Shown one piece after another: positions 49,522-59,485 of a DNA stretch of 64,000 nt (its first letter is position 1; the number at the start of each line of letters is the position of its first letter). Under the pieces are notes generated by a model, which did no database searches, was not told the DNA's origin, and saw only the letters and a program-made list of their open reading frames with translations. Source of the stretch: a virus; the IMG/VR virus record IMGVR_UViG_3300049436_000052, positions 64,001-128,000 of that record; one strand, given 5' to 3'. A program made the position numbers and the translations under genes.

Positions 49522-49551
49522 AAGGCTGTCAGTTACGTGATGGCCTTTTTT
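49522..49551 (+). terminator. Intrinsic terminator
   Basis: aaggctgtca-gttacg-tgatggcctt-tttt. Confidence 0.75.
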
Positions 49552-49614
49552 ATTTCAACAAAAAATGATTATTGTATTTTTCAGTATTTATATTAAAAAT
49601 TAAACTATAAAGAG

Positions 49615-51024
49615 ATGTCAATATTTAGAAATTACTTTAGTAAGAACAATGGCTTAATTGATAATAATCTTACAAACAATTCGCAAAATCCGGTTCATGA
49701 GACGAGTTATGGAACTTATAATCAACAAGTTAGTAGATTTATATTCGACATTGATTTAGAAAATTTAAAAGATAAAATTGATTCAGGTTTAATAAATCCA
49801 AATAAAATAGTTAGTCATAAATTACATATGACAAATACTATAAGTAATGCACAAGAATATCTAGGAAAGAAATCATACATATCAACAATTGAAAGAGCAA
49901 CAAGTTTTACCTTAGATTTATTTAATGTTGATGAAGAATGGGATGAAGGAAGTGGTTATGAATTTGTCTATAATGATGAATTATATCCAGATATTCCACA
50001 GCAAGCATCAAATTGGTTTTATAAAAAAACAAATGAATTGTGGAACAATGAAGGAGCTTATAATTCGGGAACTACTTTCATAATTGGAAATCAAAGATTC
50101 GAAAAAGGTTGCGAAGATATCGAAATAGATGTTACTGATTATATTAATCAAAAATTATTTACAAGTGGATATACAGGAACATCAACTTTTACAGGTACTT
50201 CATATGGATTGGGATTAAAATTTACAGACGAACTTGAAAGTTTAGAAACAGAATTTAGAGAAGCAGTTGCATTTCACACAAAACATACAAATACTTGGTA
50301 TGAACCCTATATTGAAACTATTATTGATGATACAATAACCGATGACAGAAATTATTTTTATTTGGATAAGGATAATGATCTTTATTTATATGTAAATATT
50401 GGAAATTTCCCACAAAATATAATCGTTAATCAAGTTAATATATACGATTATGAAGATAATATGATATTAACTTTTAGTGGTAATACTGTCGAAAATGTAA
50501 CAAAAGGCATATATAAAATAACTTTAAATATTGATTCTATTACATATCCAGATGCAGTATTATTTAGAGACGAATGGATTTTAACTATAAACGATAGAGA
50601 AGTTAAGTATAATGGAGACTTTTATCTAATTTCCCAAGACAAATATTATTCGTTCGATAATAGCAATCAAATAAATTTTAATAACTATCATTTCAATTTT
50701 TGGGGAATTAGTGAAAAAGAAAACATTAGAAGAGGAATAACTAAAAAAATAAAATTGAGCATCAAAGAATTATATCCTATTCAAGATAACTTTATACCAC
50801 TTCAAATTGAATATAGACTATTTACAACTGTTGGTAAAAAATATGAAATTGATGTAATACCATTTACTAATGTAAATCGAACAAATACTGGTTATGAATT
50901 TAATCTTGATACTTCGTGGCTAATACCACAAGATTATTACCTGCAAATAAGAATGAGAGATGGAAATTATTATGAGAATAAAGAAACACTTTCATTCACA
51001 ATTGTTTCAGATGGGGTTATATGA
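49615..51024 (+). CDS. Virion structural protein (beta-rich, Ig-like C-terminus)
   Basis: SRFIFDID, WDEGSG, IEIDVTDYI, FHTKHTNT.YEPYIE; TATTTAT at 49585. Confidence 0.6.
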   Translation: MSIFRNYFSKNNGLIDNNLTNNSQNPVHETSYGTYNQQVSRFIFDIDLENLKDKIDSGLINPNKIVSHKLHMTNTISNAQEYLGKKSYISTIERATSFTLDLFNVDEEWDEGSGYEFVYNDELYPDIPQQASNWFYKKTNELWNNEGAYNSGTTFIIGNQRFEKGCEDIEIDVTDYINQKLFTSGYTGTSTFTGTSYGLGLKFTDELESLETEFREAVAFHTKHTNTWYEPYIETIIDDTITDDRNYFYLDKDNDLYLYVNIGNFPQNIIVNQVNIYDYEDNMILTFSGNTVENVTKGIYKITLNIDSITYPDAVLFRDEWILTINDREVKYNGDFYLISQDKYYSFDNSNQINFNNYHFNFWGISEKENIRRGITKKIKLSIKELYPIQDNFIPLQIEYRLFTTVGKKYEIDVIPFTNVNRTNTGYEFNLDTSWLIPQDYYLQIRMRDGNYYENKETLSFTIVSDGVI

Positions 51025-51082
51025 TTTCAAAAATTTATTTAACATTTTTTGTATTTTATTAACAAATGACATATTTTTTTTA

Positions 51083-51090
51083 TAATTTTG
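51083..51090 (+). promoter_or_regulatory. Bacteroidetes-type -7 element for the replication operon
   Basis: TAATTTTG upstream of SSB. Confidence 0.5.
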
Positions 51091-51192
51091 TAAACTATTA
51101 TATTTAAGAATTAACAACTTTTAATTTAATTACGTTAAAGTTAGTTAATTCGAAACAATTACTTATTATTATATATTTTAAATTAATTTATT

Positions 51193-52425
51193 ATGGAAAA
51201 TCAAAATTTGAATGGTAATGCAGCCGAAATTGCAGCTTTAAAAGAAAAAATGAGAAAAATTCAGGAAGAACAAGCAAAGAAAAATGTTTCTCCTAAAAGA
51301 AAAGGAGAAGAACTATTAAAAAAGTTTTTTATCCCAAAGAATCCAACTGAAATGTTTAGAATTCTTCCTCCAAAACAAGGAAGAGATTTTTATGAAACTG
51401 CTTTCTTCCACGAAGTAATGGTTAACACTCCTAGTGGATATAAAAAGAAAAGTAGTATCTATTGTCCTAGACACAACAATCCTAAAGTTCCTAGATTAGA
51501 TGTTAATGGTAATCCAATTTTAGACGGAAATGGTAAACCAATAATGGATTACGCACCATGTCCACTTTGCGATAAATATGACAGTATCATATCTACTCAA
51601 GATCCATCTGTTAAATTTATCAAAAAAGATAATATGAATGATTATCAAAAGAAAATTTTGGCTAATAATACCGAAATTCTAAAAAAAGCAAATGAATGGA
51701 AAGCCAGAAAATTCTTTATATTAAAAGGTATCGACAAAGGTCAGGAAAAAGATGGAATCAAATTCTGGAGATTCAAAGAAACTTTTGATGGACAAGGTGT
51801 TTGGGATAAATTATTTCCAATCACTTATTTATATGTAAATCAAAAAAATAAAGATTTTACAAACGAAAAAGAGGGTTGCGATCTAATCATCCTTTCTCTT
51901 GAAAAAGAAAACAAAAGAACCAGAAAAATGTATCCTGCTGTTAGCGTAATTACTGCAAGCGAATCATGTCCATTACACGGAGATCCACACGTAATTCAAC
52001 AATGGCTTAGTGATACAATGACTTGGCGTGAAGTTTTTAAACCAAAATCTGCACCAAACATCACCCCTTACGAATACATGCAAATGATCGTTAATGGTGT
52101 TGATCCATATTGGAATGATGTTGATGCAAACAACAAACATTGGGTATTTCCAAATAACCCAGAATTGCAAAGTAAAGCAAATACCCGTACTCAAAATCTT
52201 GACTCTGGTGCTGGCGATAAATTTGAATCTGCATCTGATGTTAGTTATGATTATGTGCCACCAGTTACTATCTCAAATGTAACACCAAACAATGTTGGTA
52301 CTTTCAAAGACAATTCGCTTAACGTTGGTGCTGAAGTTATGAATAATCATACTGAAGTTTCAAATGAAGGTGAAGTGTCAGGTAATGAATCTGATGACTA
52401 CGATGATTCAGAACTTCCTTTTTAA
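51193..52425 (+). CDS. Single-stranded DNA-binding protein (T4 gp32-like)
   Basis: FRILPP, FFH, CP...CPLC, GIKFWRF, acidic tail DDSELPF. Confidence 0.85.
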   Translation: MENQNLNGNAAEIAALKEKMRKIQEEQAKKNVSPKRKGEELLKKFFIPKNPTEMFRILPPKQGRDFYETAFFHEVMVNTPSGYKKKSSIYCPRHNNPKVPRLDVNGNPILDGNGKPIMDYAPCPLCDKYDSIISTQDPSVKFIKKDNMNDYQKKILANNTEILKKANEWKARKFFILKGIDKGQEKDGIKFWRFKETFDGQGVWDKLFPITYLYVNQKNKDFTNEKEGCDLIILSLEKENKRTRKMYPAVSVITASESCPLHGDPHVIQQWLSDTMTWREVFKPKSAPNITPYEYMQMIVNGVDPYWNDVDANNKHWVFPNNPELQSKANTRTQNLDSGAGDKFESASDVSYDYVPPVTISNVTPNNVGTFKDNSLNVGAEVMNNHTEVSNEGEVSGNESDDYDDSELPF

Positions 52426-52442
52426 TGTTTTTTCACATAAAA

Positions 52443-52946
52443 ATGAAAAAATGTATCTGTTGTAGTATTGAGAAAGAATTATTAGAATTCTATGTCCATC
52501 CCAAAATGAGGGATGGACATCTCAATAAATGTAAAGAATGTTGTAAAAAACAAGCTGATTTACGAGAAAAAAAGTTACGAAAAGATCCTGAATGGTGTGA
52601 AAATGAACGAATAAGAAGTAAAGAAAAATATTATCGTTTAAATTATAGAGAAACACAATTTTATCAAAATAAATTAAAGGTTTATAAAAACTCTAAATAT
52701 AAGGGTTTATCTAAAAAATTAAAATTATCATCCAATGAGAATGTACATCATTGGAATTATCATTTGATTGAAGATGTGATTATTTTAGATAGAATGTTTC
52801 ATAGATTTGTTCATAGATATTTAACATTAGATAAAGAATTGTTAATTTTCACAAGCAAAGAAGGTGATTTGTTAGATTCTAAAGAAAAACATTTAGAATA
52901 TATTAAAAAATTAAATTTATTATTTAATAAGGATAAAAAGTTATGA
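52443..52946 (+). CDS. HNH-type homing endonuclease, possibly degenerate
   Basis: CICC..EK.L.EFY.H..M.DGHLNKCKEC; VHHWNY....DVIIL....HRFVH. Confidence 0.65.
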   Translation: MKKCICCSIEKELLEFYVHPKMRDGHLNKCKECCKKQADLREKKLRKDPEWCENERIRSKEKYYRLNYRETQFYQNKLKVYKNSKYKGLSKKLKLSSNENVHHWNYHLIEDVIILDRMFHRFVHRYLTLDKELLIFTSKEGDLLDSKEKHLEYIKKLNLLFNKDKKL

Positions 52947-54070
52947 CAAAAAAAATAGAAAATGAAGTACCCTTAAATGATAAGGTTAGAAAACCTACCC
53001 CTAAAAAAACATTTAATTTGGAGGATTATAAAAAGAATGTTGGTGCAGACGATGTTCCAGATAAACCATTAGAATGGATTAAAATTGATGATGCATTAGA
53101 AGAGGTTACAGGTATGCCAGGTTTCCCAAAGGGTTATGTATCAAGCTGTTTGGGATTTTCTAATTCAGGAAAATCTACAGGAATTGAACTTGGAATTGTT
53201 AATGGTCAAAAAATGGGTTTACTACCAATAATCATAGATACTGAAAACAATATGGGTAAATATAGATTATCATTAATGGGGTTTGATTGGGGAGGAAATT
53301 ACATTTCAATTGATAATGAATTTTTACTTGAAAAATTTGGAAGACCTAAAGACAAAAACAGAACTCGTGCATCTATTGAAGATTTAGCAAGTTGTGTAAG
53401 ATTTTTTTTACGTGAACAAGAAAGTGGAAAATTACCTTTTGAATTATTATTTGCTATTGATTCTATAGGTGTTATGGATTGTAATCAAGTAATTGAAGCA
53501 ACAGATAATGATGAAAAGACAAATAATCTATGGAATGCTGGTAGTTATGAGCGTGAATTTAAATCGTTATTCAATGAAATTATCCCTAACAGTAGGAAAA
53601 TCAACAAGTTATATACAAATACCGTGATTTTAGTTCAAAAGATTGGTTATGATGCAATGAATAATGCAATAACCATGAAAGGCGGCAAAATGTGGGAATA
53701 TGTGCCCAGGTTACAATTCTTCTTCGGCAATGTGCTTACAAAGGGCGTTAAGAAAATAACTGCGGTTTCAAAAAAAAGGGACGTTTCATACGGAATTTCT
53801 TGTCGAGTACAAGTACTTAAGAATCAGATAGATAGTCCATTAGGAGGAATTTCTATGGAAGGCCCAATAATATCTACACCACATGGTTATGTTGTTCCTG
53901 ATAAGTTGGATGAATATAAGAAAAAAAATATACTATATTTTCGTAATCTATTTGGAGAAAATTTAAATGTTGATGATATTGAAGATGGTGAAAGAATTGA
54001 AACTGAAGAAGGGAAATTAATAAGTAGTGGTAAGTTAAACATAAATAATGATGAGACTGAAATAAAATAA
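52943..54070 (+). CDS. uvsX: UvsX/RecA-like recombinase
   Basis: GFPKG, GFSNSGKST, IIIDTE, FAIDSIG, KGG, VLKNQI. Confidence 0.88.
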   Translation: MTKKIENEVPLNDKVRKPTPKKTFNLEDYKKNVGADDVPDKPLEWIKIDDALEEVTGMPGFPKGYVSSCLGFSNSGKSTGIELGIVNGQKMGLLPIIIDTENNMGKYRLSLMGFDWGGNYISIDNEFLLEKFGRPKDKNRTRASIEDLASCVRFFLREQESGKLPFELLFAIDSIGVMDCNQVIEATDNDEKTNNLWNAGSYEREFKSLFNEIIPNSRKINKLYTNTVILVQKIGYDAMNNAITMKGGKMWEYVPRLQFFFGNVLTKGVKKITAVSKKRDVSYGISCRVQVLKNQIDSPLGGISMEGPIISTPHGYVVPDKLDEYKKKNILYFRNLFGENLNVDDIEDGERIETEEGKLISSGKLNINNDETEIK

Positions 54071-54076
54071 TTATTT

Positions 54077-54100
54077 AATGGGTGATATATTCACCCATTT
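54077..54100 (+). terminator. Hairpin/terminator after uvsX
   Basis: aatgggtga-tatat-tcacccatt. Confidence 0.55.
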
Positions 54101-54137
54101 CTTATTTTTAAATATAGAATGAAAAAACTCTAAAATC

Positions 54138-55184
54138 ATGAAAACACGTACATTATTAATTGATGGATCATATTTACTAAAACGTTCATTCAACGGAGCA
54201 AAAGATTTATATACTAACAAATTCGGCCATATTGGATGTTTGTATCAAACAATTACCATGTTACGTCTTCTCATTAGTAAATATCAAATCAACAAATGCA
54301 TTTTTTTTGTTGATGGATCTATGAGTGGTAAAGAACGTTATCAATTAGATCATGCTTATAAAGCAAATAGGAAAAATAAATCATGGTATGGTGGAATTGA
54401 ATTAAGTGAATCTGAAATAAAAATAGAAAAAGAGAAAGAAGTTTCATATTTATTACAAATGAAACGAGTTCAAAGTTATCTTGAGGAACTATTTATTAGA
54501 CAAATACAAATCGAAGAAGTCGAATCCGATGATTTAATAGCATCCTATGTCTTATCCCACAACAATCTTGAAGAAATGTATATTTACAGTGCAGATCGCG
54601 ATTATGCCCAGCTTTTAAATCTAAACATAAAAATTATTTTTCCTAATATTGATAAACCTGTTGATAATTTAAATTACTCATTATATTTCAAACATCATTA
54701 TACAAATGCATTGCCAATAAAAATTATTTGTGGGGATACTTCAGATAATATAAAAGGTATTGAGGGGATAAAAGAAACGACATTATTAAAACATATTCCT
54801 GAGTTAAAATTTAAGACACATACGGTTAACGATATTTGTAAAAAAGCAAAGGAGATAAATGAAGAACGTGTTGCAAATAAGATGAAGCCGTTAAAATGTT
54901 TTGAAAATTTAATAAAAGGTTATGATCGATTAAGGTTGAATTACAAGTTAATGAATTTAAAAGAACCAATGTTAAGTGAAGAGGCAATTGAAGAATTAAA
55001 GCAACTTGAAATGCCATTATCTCCAGATGATCGTGGAAGTGAAAATTTAATTAAGATGATGATGGAAGATGAATTTTTAACAATATATAAAGGAACATTC
55101 ATTGATTATGTCAAACCTTTTTATACAGTTATTATGAATGAGAAACAGATGTTAAATGAATATTATAAAAATAGGAAAAAATGA
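54138..55184 (+). CDS. 5'-3' exonuclease/flap endonuclease (T4 RNase H-like)
   Basis: LLIDGS, YKANR, ESDDLIA, SADRDYAQL, GDTSDNIKGIEGI. Confidence 0.92.
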   Translation: MKTRTLLIDGSYLLKRSFNGAKDLYTNKFGHIGCLYQTITMLRLLISKYQINKCIFFVDGSMSGKERYQLDHAYKANRKNKSWYGGIELSESEIKIEKEKEVSYLLQMKRVQSYLEELFIRQIQIEEVESDDLIASYVLSHNNLEEMYIYSADRDYAQLLNLNIKIIFPNIDKPVDNLNYSLYFKHHYTNALPIKIICGDTSDNIKGIEGIKETTLLKHIPELKFKTHTVNDICKKAKEINEERVANKMKPLKCFENLIKGYDRLRLNYKLMNLKEPMLSEEAIEELKQLEMPLSPDDRGSENLIKMMMEDEFLTIYKGTFIDYVKPFYTVIMNEKQMLNEYYKNRKK

Positions 55185-55510
55185 TTGAATTTTTTGAAGG
55201 TTTAGAAATTATAAATAAATATTCGGAAATATTTATTGTTGTTAAAAAACATAAACCATTTAGTGGTATTGTAAATATACAAGAACCATTAATGTATGTA
55301 TATGATTATTCAGAAGAAAGAGAAAGATATGTAAACTACTGTGAATATAGAAAAAATAAACCTAATTTTAACGTAATTTCAAAAGGTTATTTTGTTAAAC
55401 AATGCTTATGTGAAGAAGATAAACCCAGATTTGACATTAAAAATAAAAAAACTAATGAAATTATAAAAAAATGTTATTTGTATAATGGATCATGGAATAC
55501 ATTAAATTAA
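55181..55510 (+). CDS. Hypothetical protein
   Basis: 109 aa, coupled. Confidence 0.5.
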   Translation: MIEFFEGLEIINKYSEIFIVVKKHKPFSGIVNIQEPLMYVYDYSEERERYVNYCEYRKNKPNFNVISKGYFVKQCLCEEDKPRFDIKNKKTNEIIKKCYLYNGSWNTLN

Positions 55511-56442
55511 ATAGGAAAAAAATGATTGATTTAGATAAAATTGTTTCGAATAGTTGGGATTTTAGAAACTTTAATGATAATATTTTAATTAAAGGAGATT
55601 GTTTTGATATTTTTAAATTTATTGAAGATAATAGTGTAAATGCAATAATTGCTGATTTACCATATGGTAGAACCAACTGTAAATGGGATAGTGTATTACC
55701 TTTAAATGAACATGTGTTACTAAAAAATAGATATTTGGAAAGAGATGAATACTATTTACTAAATTTTAATTGTGGATTATCAAAGAATGAAATTGATATT
55801 TTATGGAACACAAATAAACAACATGGTTTATGGTATCATTATAAAAGAATTCTTAAAAATAATGGTATTATAGTCTTATTTGCACAAACACCATTTGACA
55901 AAGTACTTGGTTGTTCCAATTTGGAATGGTTAAAATATGAGTGGATTTGGGAAAAAACACAAGCCACTGGTTATTTTAATGCAAAGAAAATGCCAATGAA
56001 TGCTCATGAAAATATTTTAGTGTTTTATAAAAATAAACCAACGTATAATCCACAGAAAACAGAGGGTCATAAACCTGTAAACACATATACAAAAAGTGTT
56101 GAAGTTTCTAATAAAACACAAATTTATGGTAAAGTAAAGAAGGATATAAGTGGTGGTGGTAAAACAGATAGATACCCAAGAACTGTACAGGTATTTGCAT
56201 CAGATAAACAAAAAAATAAATTAAATGGAACAATACATCCAACACAAAAACCGCTTGCATTGTTAGAATATTTGGTCAAAACATATACCAACGAAGGTGA
56301 TTTAATTTTGGACAATACAATGGGTTCAGGAACAACAAATTTGGCTTCTTTAAAATTAAATCGTAGATCAATTGGTATTGAGAAAGAAGAGGTATGGTAT
56401 AATGTTGCAGTTAAAAGATGTTATGAATTTTATAATAAATAA
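55492..56442 (+). CDS. Orphan N6A/N4C DNA methyltransferase (beta class)
   Basis: GDC, ADLPYG, WIWEK, HENILVF, HPTQKP, DNTMGSGTT, IGIE. Confidence 0.92.
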   Translation: MEYIKLNRKKMIDLDKIVSNSWDFRNFNDNILIKGDCFDIFKFIEDNSVNAIIADLPYGRTNCKWDSVLPLNEHVLLKNRYLERDEYYLLNFNCGLSKNEIDILWNTNKQHGLWYHYKRILKNNGIIVLFAQTPFDKVLGCSNLEWLKYEWIWEKTQATGYFNAKKMPMNAHENILVFYKNKPTYNPQKTEGHKPVNTYTKSVEVSNKTQIYGKVKKDISGGGKTDRYPRTVQVFASDKQKNKLNGTIHPTQKPLALLEYLVKTYTNEGDLILDNTMGSGTTNLASLKLNRRSIGIEKEEVWYNVAVKRCYEFYNK

Positions 56443-56457
56443 ATTTAAAAAATAATT

Positions 56458-56733
56458 ATGACACCACAAGAAAAAGCAAAAGAAATTTATTCAAAGTTTT
56501 TCAGAACAACACCTCAACCATATTATAATGAAAAACATGATGAATTAAATTTTGAAATTTGGGATAAAGATTGGACAACTAAAATGGCTAAAGAACATTC
56601 ATTAATAGCTATTGATGAGATTATTTCACAATGGGAGTATATAAACACATATTTGGCAGATTTAGGTGGAGAATTAAATCCTAATTTAAAGTATTGGTAT
56701 GAAGTGAAAAAGTTTTTAAATGAAATTAATTAA
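56458..56733 (+). CDS. Hypothetical protein, paralog of 17147..17344
   Basis: MTPQEKAKEIYSKF...AKEHSLIAIDEII...YWYEVK. Confidence 0.65.
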   Translation: MTPQEKAKEIYSKFFRTTPQPYYNEKHDELNFEIWDKDWTTKMAKEHSLIAIDEIISQWEYINTYLADLGGELNPNLKYWYEVKKFLNEIN

Positions 56734-57544
56734 ATATGAAACTATGGAAATAATAAAAAATGCATTTGTAAATAGAAATGGTTCATATTATGAATCTGGT
56801 GGAATTGTAGATGGTACACAGAGAATACTAACAAATCATCAAACTAAATATTGGCAACAAGGTAATGTTGAAAATATGTTGGCTATTGATGTTAATAATA
56901 TAATTAATTTAATTGAGATTAAAGAAGCAATATATGTAGGAAGAATACCAATGCATTTTGGTCATTTTATTATGGAAGGAATGGCAAGACTTTGTGATGT
57001 TGTAAATTTAGATAAACCTATTATTGGATATATAACAATGGGATATTTACCTGATGGTATTAAATCAACACCAGAAAAAGAAATTAGATGGTTTATTTCA
57101 TGTGCAACAGATCAATATTTTTATGAAGTAAATGATGACGAAACTTACTTTGTTAAAAATTTATTTGTACCAAAATTACCATATCATTTATCTCAAAGTT
57201 GTTCAGAGCCTTGGAGAATGACAAACTTAATAAAAAAAATCGTATTTGATTGTAGATTAAAACATTCAGATATTAATGAAATAGATGTTTTATATTTAAA
57301 AAGAAATGAAGAAGAAGTTTTTTATAAAGAATGTGTTATATCAGATCCTAATTCTGAATTATCTAAACAAATTGCAATGGTTTCAAAAGCAAATAAATTA
57401 ATTGGAAAATGTGGTAGCAATACACATCTATCAATCTTTGCTAAAAATAATTGTTTTACTGAGTGGACACAAAGGGGTAATTTTAACGAATGTGATAGAA
57501 ATCAACTGATTTGTGATTTAATAAAAACATATAATTATTTTTAA
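56720..57544 (+). CDS. GT61 (DUF563)-like glycosyltransferase
   Basis: HFGHFIMEGMARL, LYLKR, QIAMVSKANKLIGKCGSNTHLSIF. Confidence 0.7.
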   Translation: MKLIKYETMEIIKNAFVNRNGSYYESGGIVDGTQRILTNHQTKYWQQGNVENMLAIDVNNIINLIEIKEAIYVGRIPMHFGHFIMEGMARLCDVVNLDKPIIGYITMGYLPDGIKSTPEKEIRWFISCATDQYFYEVNDDETYFVKNLFVPKLPYHLSQSCSEPWRMTNLIKKIVFDCRLKHSDINEIDVLYLKRNEEEVFYKECVISDPNSELSKQIAMVSKANKLIGKCGSNTHLSIFAKNNCFTEWTQRGNFNECDRNQLICDLIKTYNYF

Positions 57545-57603
57545 ACCAATTGTTGTTGAAAAATAAATTTTAAAGAAATAATTGAAATGTTAAAAAATGT
57601 TAA

Positions 57604-57611
57604 TATATTTG
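57604..57611 (+). promoter_or_regulatory. Bacteroidetes-type -7 element
   Basis: TATATTTG upstream of 57658. Confidence 0.45.
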
Positions 57612-57657
57612 TATAATAAATATTGATATAAAAATTATAACTATAATACTTATTTTT

Positions 57658-58293
57658 ATGGCTGAAAAAGAAGGCAATACGTTCAGGTTCACATTAATGC
57701 AAGAGAATGTTCTTTTATGTGAAAAAATAATTGATGCAGATCAATTTAATCCGATAACTCGATATTCAATAAATATTAGAGAAATTTTACCAAAAGCAAT
57801 AACTAAACTACAGAAAATTCTTTCTAAGAAGAATTATGATGTTATTGTTGAAGTAGGAAGAAAGGACATTTCGATTATTGATTCTGAAAATTATGATTAT
57901 GATCTTTGGGAATATTATATGGAGATGATTGATAAATATCCTAAAAGGTATCAAGAGGGGATGTATTATAGTCCACAACCAGTTGTTCAACAGATTGAAG
58001 AACGGACAATAAGAGGTGTTGAGTGTAAAATTGGATTCTATATTAACAATAAGACAATTGTTGAGCGACAATTTTATGTAGATGGGTTTAATCCTATGGC
58101 TAGATTTTCGGTTGATTTAACAGAAACTGTTGTTGATATTACAGATGCAATTTTTAATCAAATTAAGAAAGATGATGTAAAAAATATGTGGGATGATTAT
58201 TATCTTATAAATAACAAAGGTTATAGTATAACACAGATAAGAGAATTTACACCTCAAAAAAGAAACGAAATATTAAGATCTATAAAAAATTAA
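57658..58293 (+). CDS. Hypothetical protein with internal duplication
   Basis: EKIIDADQFNPITRYSINI resembles ERQFYVDGFNPMARFSVDL. Confidence 0.6.
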   Translation: MAEKEGNTFRFTLMQENVLLCEKIIDADQFNPITRYSINIREILPKAITKLQKILSKKNYDVIVEVGRKDISIIDSENYDYDLWEYYMEMIDKYPKRYQEGMYYSPQPVVQQIEERTIRGVECKIGFYINNKTIVERQFYVDGFNPMARFSVDLTETVVDITDAIFNQIKKDDVKNMWDDYYLINNKGYSITQIREFTPQKRNEILRSIKN

Positions 58294-58331
58294 TTAAAAT
58301 GTTGTTATTTCATCATTCAATATCTTCTAAC

Positions 58332-58451
58332 ATGAATAGAAATGAATCACCATATCCTAAACAGATAAGTTATAAACATCGTATCTTATTGATTATTTGG
58401 ATAATAATGGTAACTATATGTGGAGTTGTTTTAACAATTTCTTTAATGTAA
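58332..58451 (+). CDS. Small single-TM peptide (39 aa; alternative start 58299)
   Basis: MNRNESPYPKQISYKHRILLIIWIIMVTICGVVLTISLM*. Confidence 0.45.
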   Translation: MNRNESPYPKQISYKHRILLIIWIIMVTICGVVLTISLM

Positions 58452-58458
58452 ATAAAAT

Positions 58459-58740
58459 ATGGAATCAAATAAAAATACTTATACAAATAAAACAAATACT
58501 GGTGATTTAGGAACAGTATGTAAAAAATGTTATAAACCGTTTGTATATATTGGTGATGTACCTATGGATGGTTGGTTAGAAGGGTGTGAACCCTATTGTA
58601 CTTGTAATCAGAAAAAACAAACAACTGGACTTCAAGGTTGGATATGTCCAGTATGTGGTGCTGGTTTAAGTCCATATACAACAATGTGTCCATGTAAAAA
58701 CATGAATAGTTTTACAATTACATCTAAAACTGTTTTATAA
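58459..58740 (+). CDS. Cys-rich zinc-finger protein
   Basis: CKKC, YCTC, GWICPVCG..LSP....CPC. Confidence 0.65.
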   Translation: MESNKNTYTNKTNTGDLGTVCKKCYKPFVYIGDVPMDGWLEGCEPYCTCNQKKQTTGLQGWICPVCGAGLSPYTTMCPCKNMNSFTITSKTVL

Positions 58741-58754
58741 TAAATTTAAAAGTA

Positions 58755-59201
58755 ATGACTAAGAAAAAATCATTAAAACCAAAACCATTATCAGATTTGG
58801 AATGGGACACTTGTTTTATGTCTTTACGATATGCCATGAATCGTCAAACAATCTCTTCAGCAACATTACCAATTCAATTAGTTAGAGCATATTGGAATAG
58901 ATGGACAGATCCACAAAAAAAGATGATTGCAAGGGATTTGAAAAACAATGAAGAAATGTGTATTGAAATGGAGACGACTGCATTTGGTAATCCTAGTATT
59001 GATAGACCAACATGGTTAAAATTTTGGAAAGCTTGTGATATTGATAATCATTATAAAGTTAAATTAGTTAATGGTGATGAAGATATTGTTTTTGAAGCTA
59101 ATGATAAAATATATCCGTTAAATAAATATGTGGAAAACCCGTATTTAGAAATTTATTACCCTAAAGAAAGTATATTAGAAAAAGATTATTTAATAAAATA
59201 A
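58755..59201 (+). CDS. Hypothetical protein
   Basis: SLRYAMNRQT motif, 148 aa. Confidence 0.6.
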   Translation: MTKKKSLKPKPLSDLEWDTCFMSLRYAMNRQTISSATLPIQLVRAYWNRWTDPQKKMIARDLKNNEEMCIEMETTAFGNPSIDRPTWLKFWKACDIDNHYKVKLVNGDEDIVFEANDKIYPLNKYVENPYLEIYYPKESILEKDYLIK

Positions 59202-59205
59202 ATTT

Positions 59206-59436
59206 ATGGAAAGTTTAACAACTATAGTAAAAGAAACAACTGCAAAATTAACACATGTTTGTTATGGCAAAGTATTTTACATGATTGAAACAAAAGATCA
59301 TAAATATCAGTTAGAAATTGATTCTATGGATGAAGAGTTTAAAACCACATATCTTTTATTAGAATTTAAATCGATTACACTTATGAGATGGATTCGTAAA
59401 GGAATTAAAAACGGAACATTTATTTTATTATCTTAA
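59206..59436 (+). CDS. Hypothetical protein
   Basis: 76 aa; KSITLMRWIRK. Confidence 0.6.
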   Translation: MESLTTIVKETTAKLTHVCYGKVFYMIETKDHKYQLEIDSMDEEFKTTYLLLEFKSITLMRWIRKGIKNGTFILLS

Positions 59437-59485
59437 TTACTTTTCATAAAATTTTTTTAATTTAAACCAAATAATATTTAGTTAA

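Noticed and set aside
58294-58458. Structured ncRNA
   Set aside because: Pairing is weak and AT-rich, and the gap is explained by a small TM ORF.
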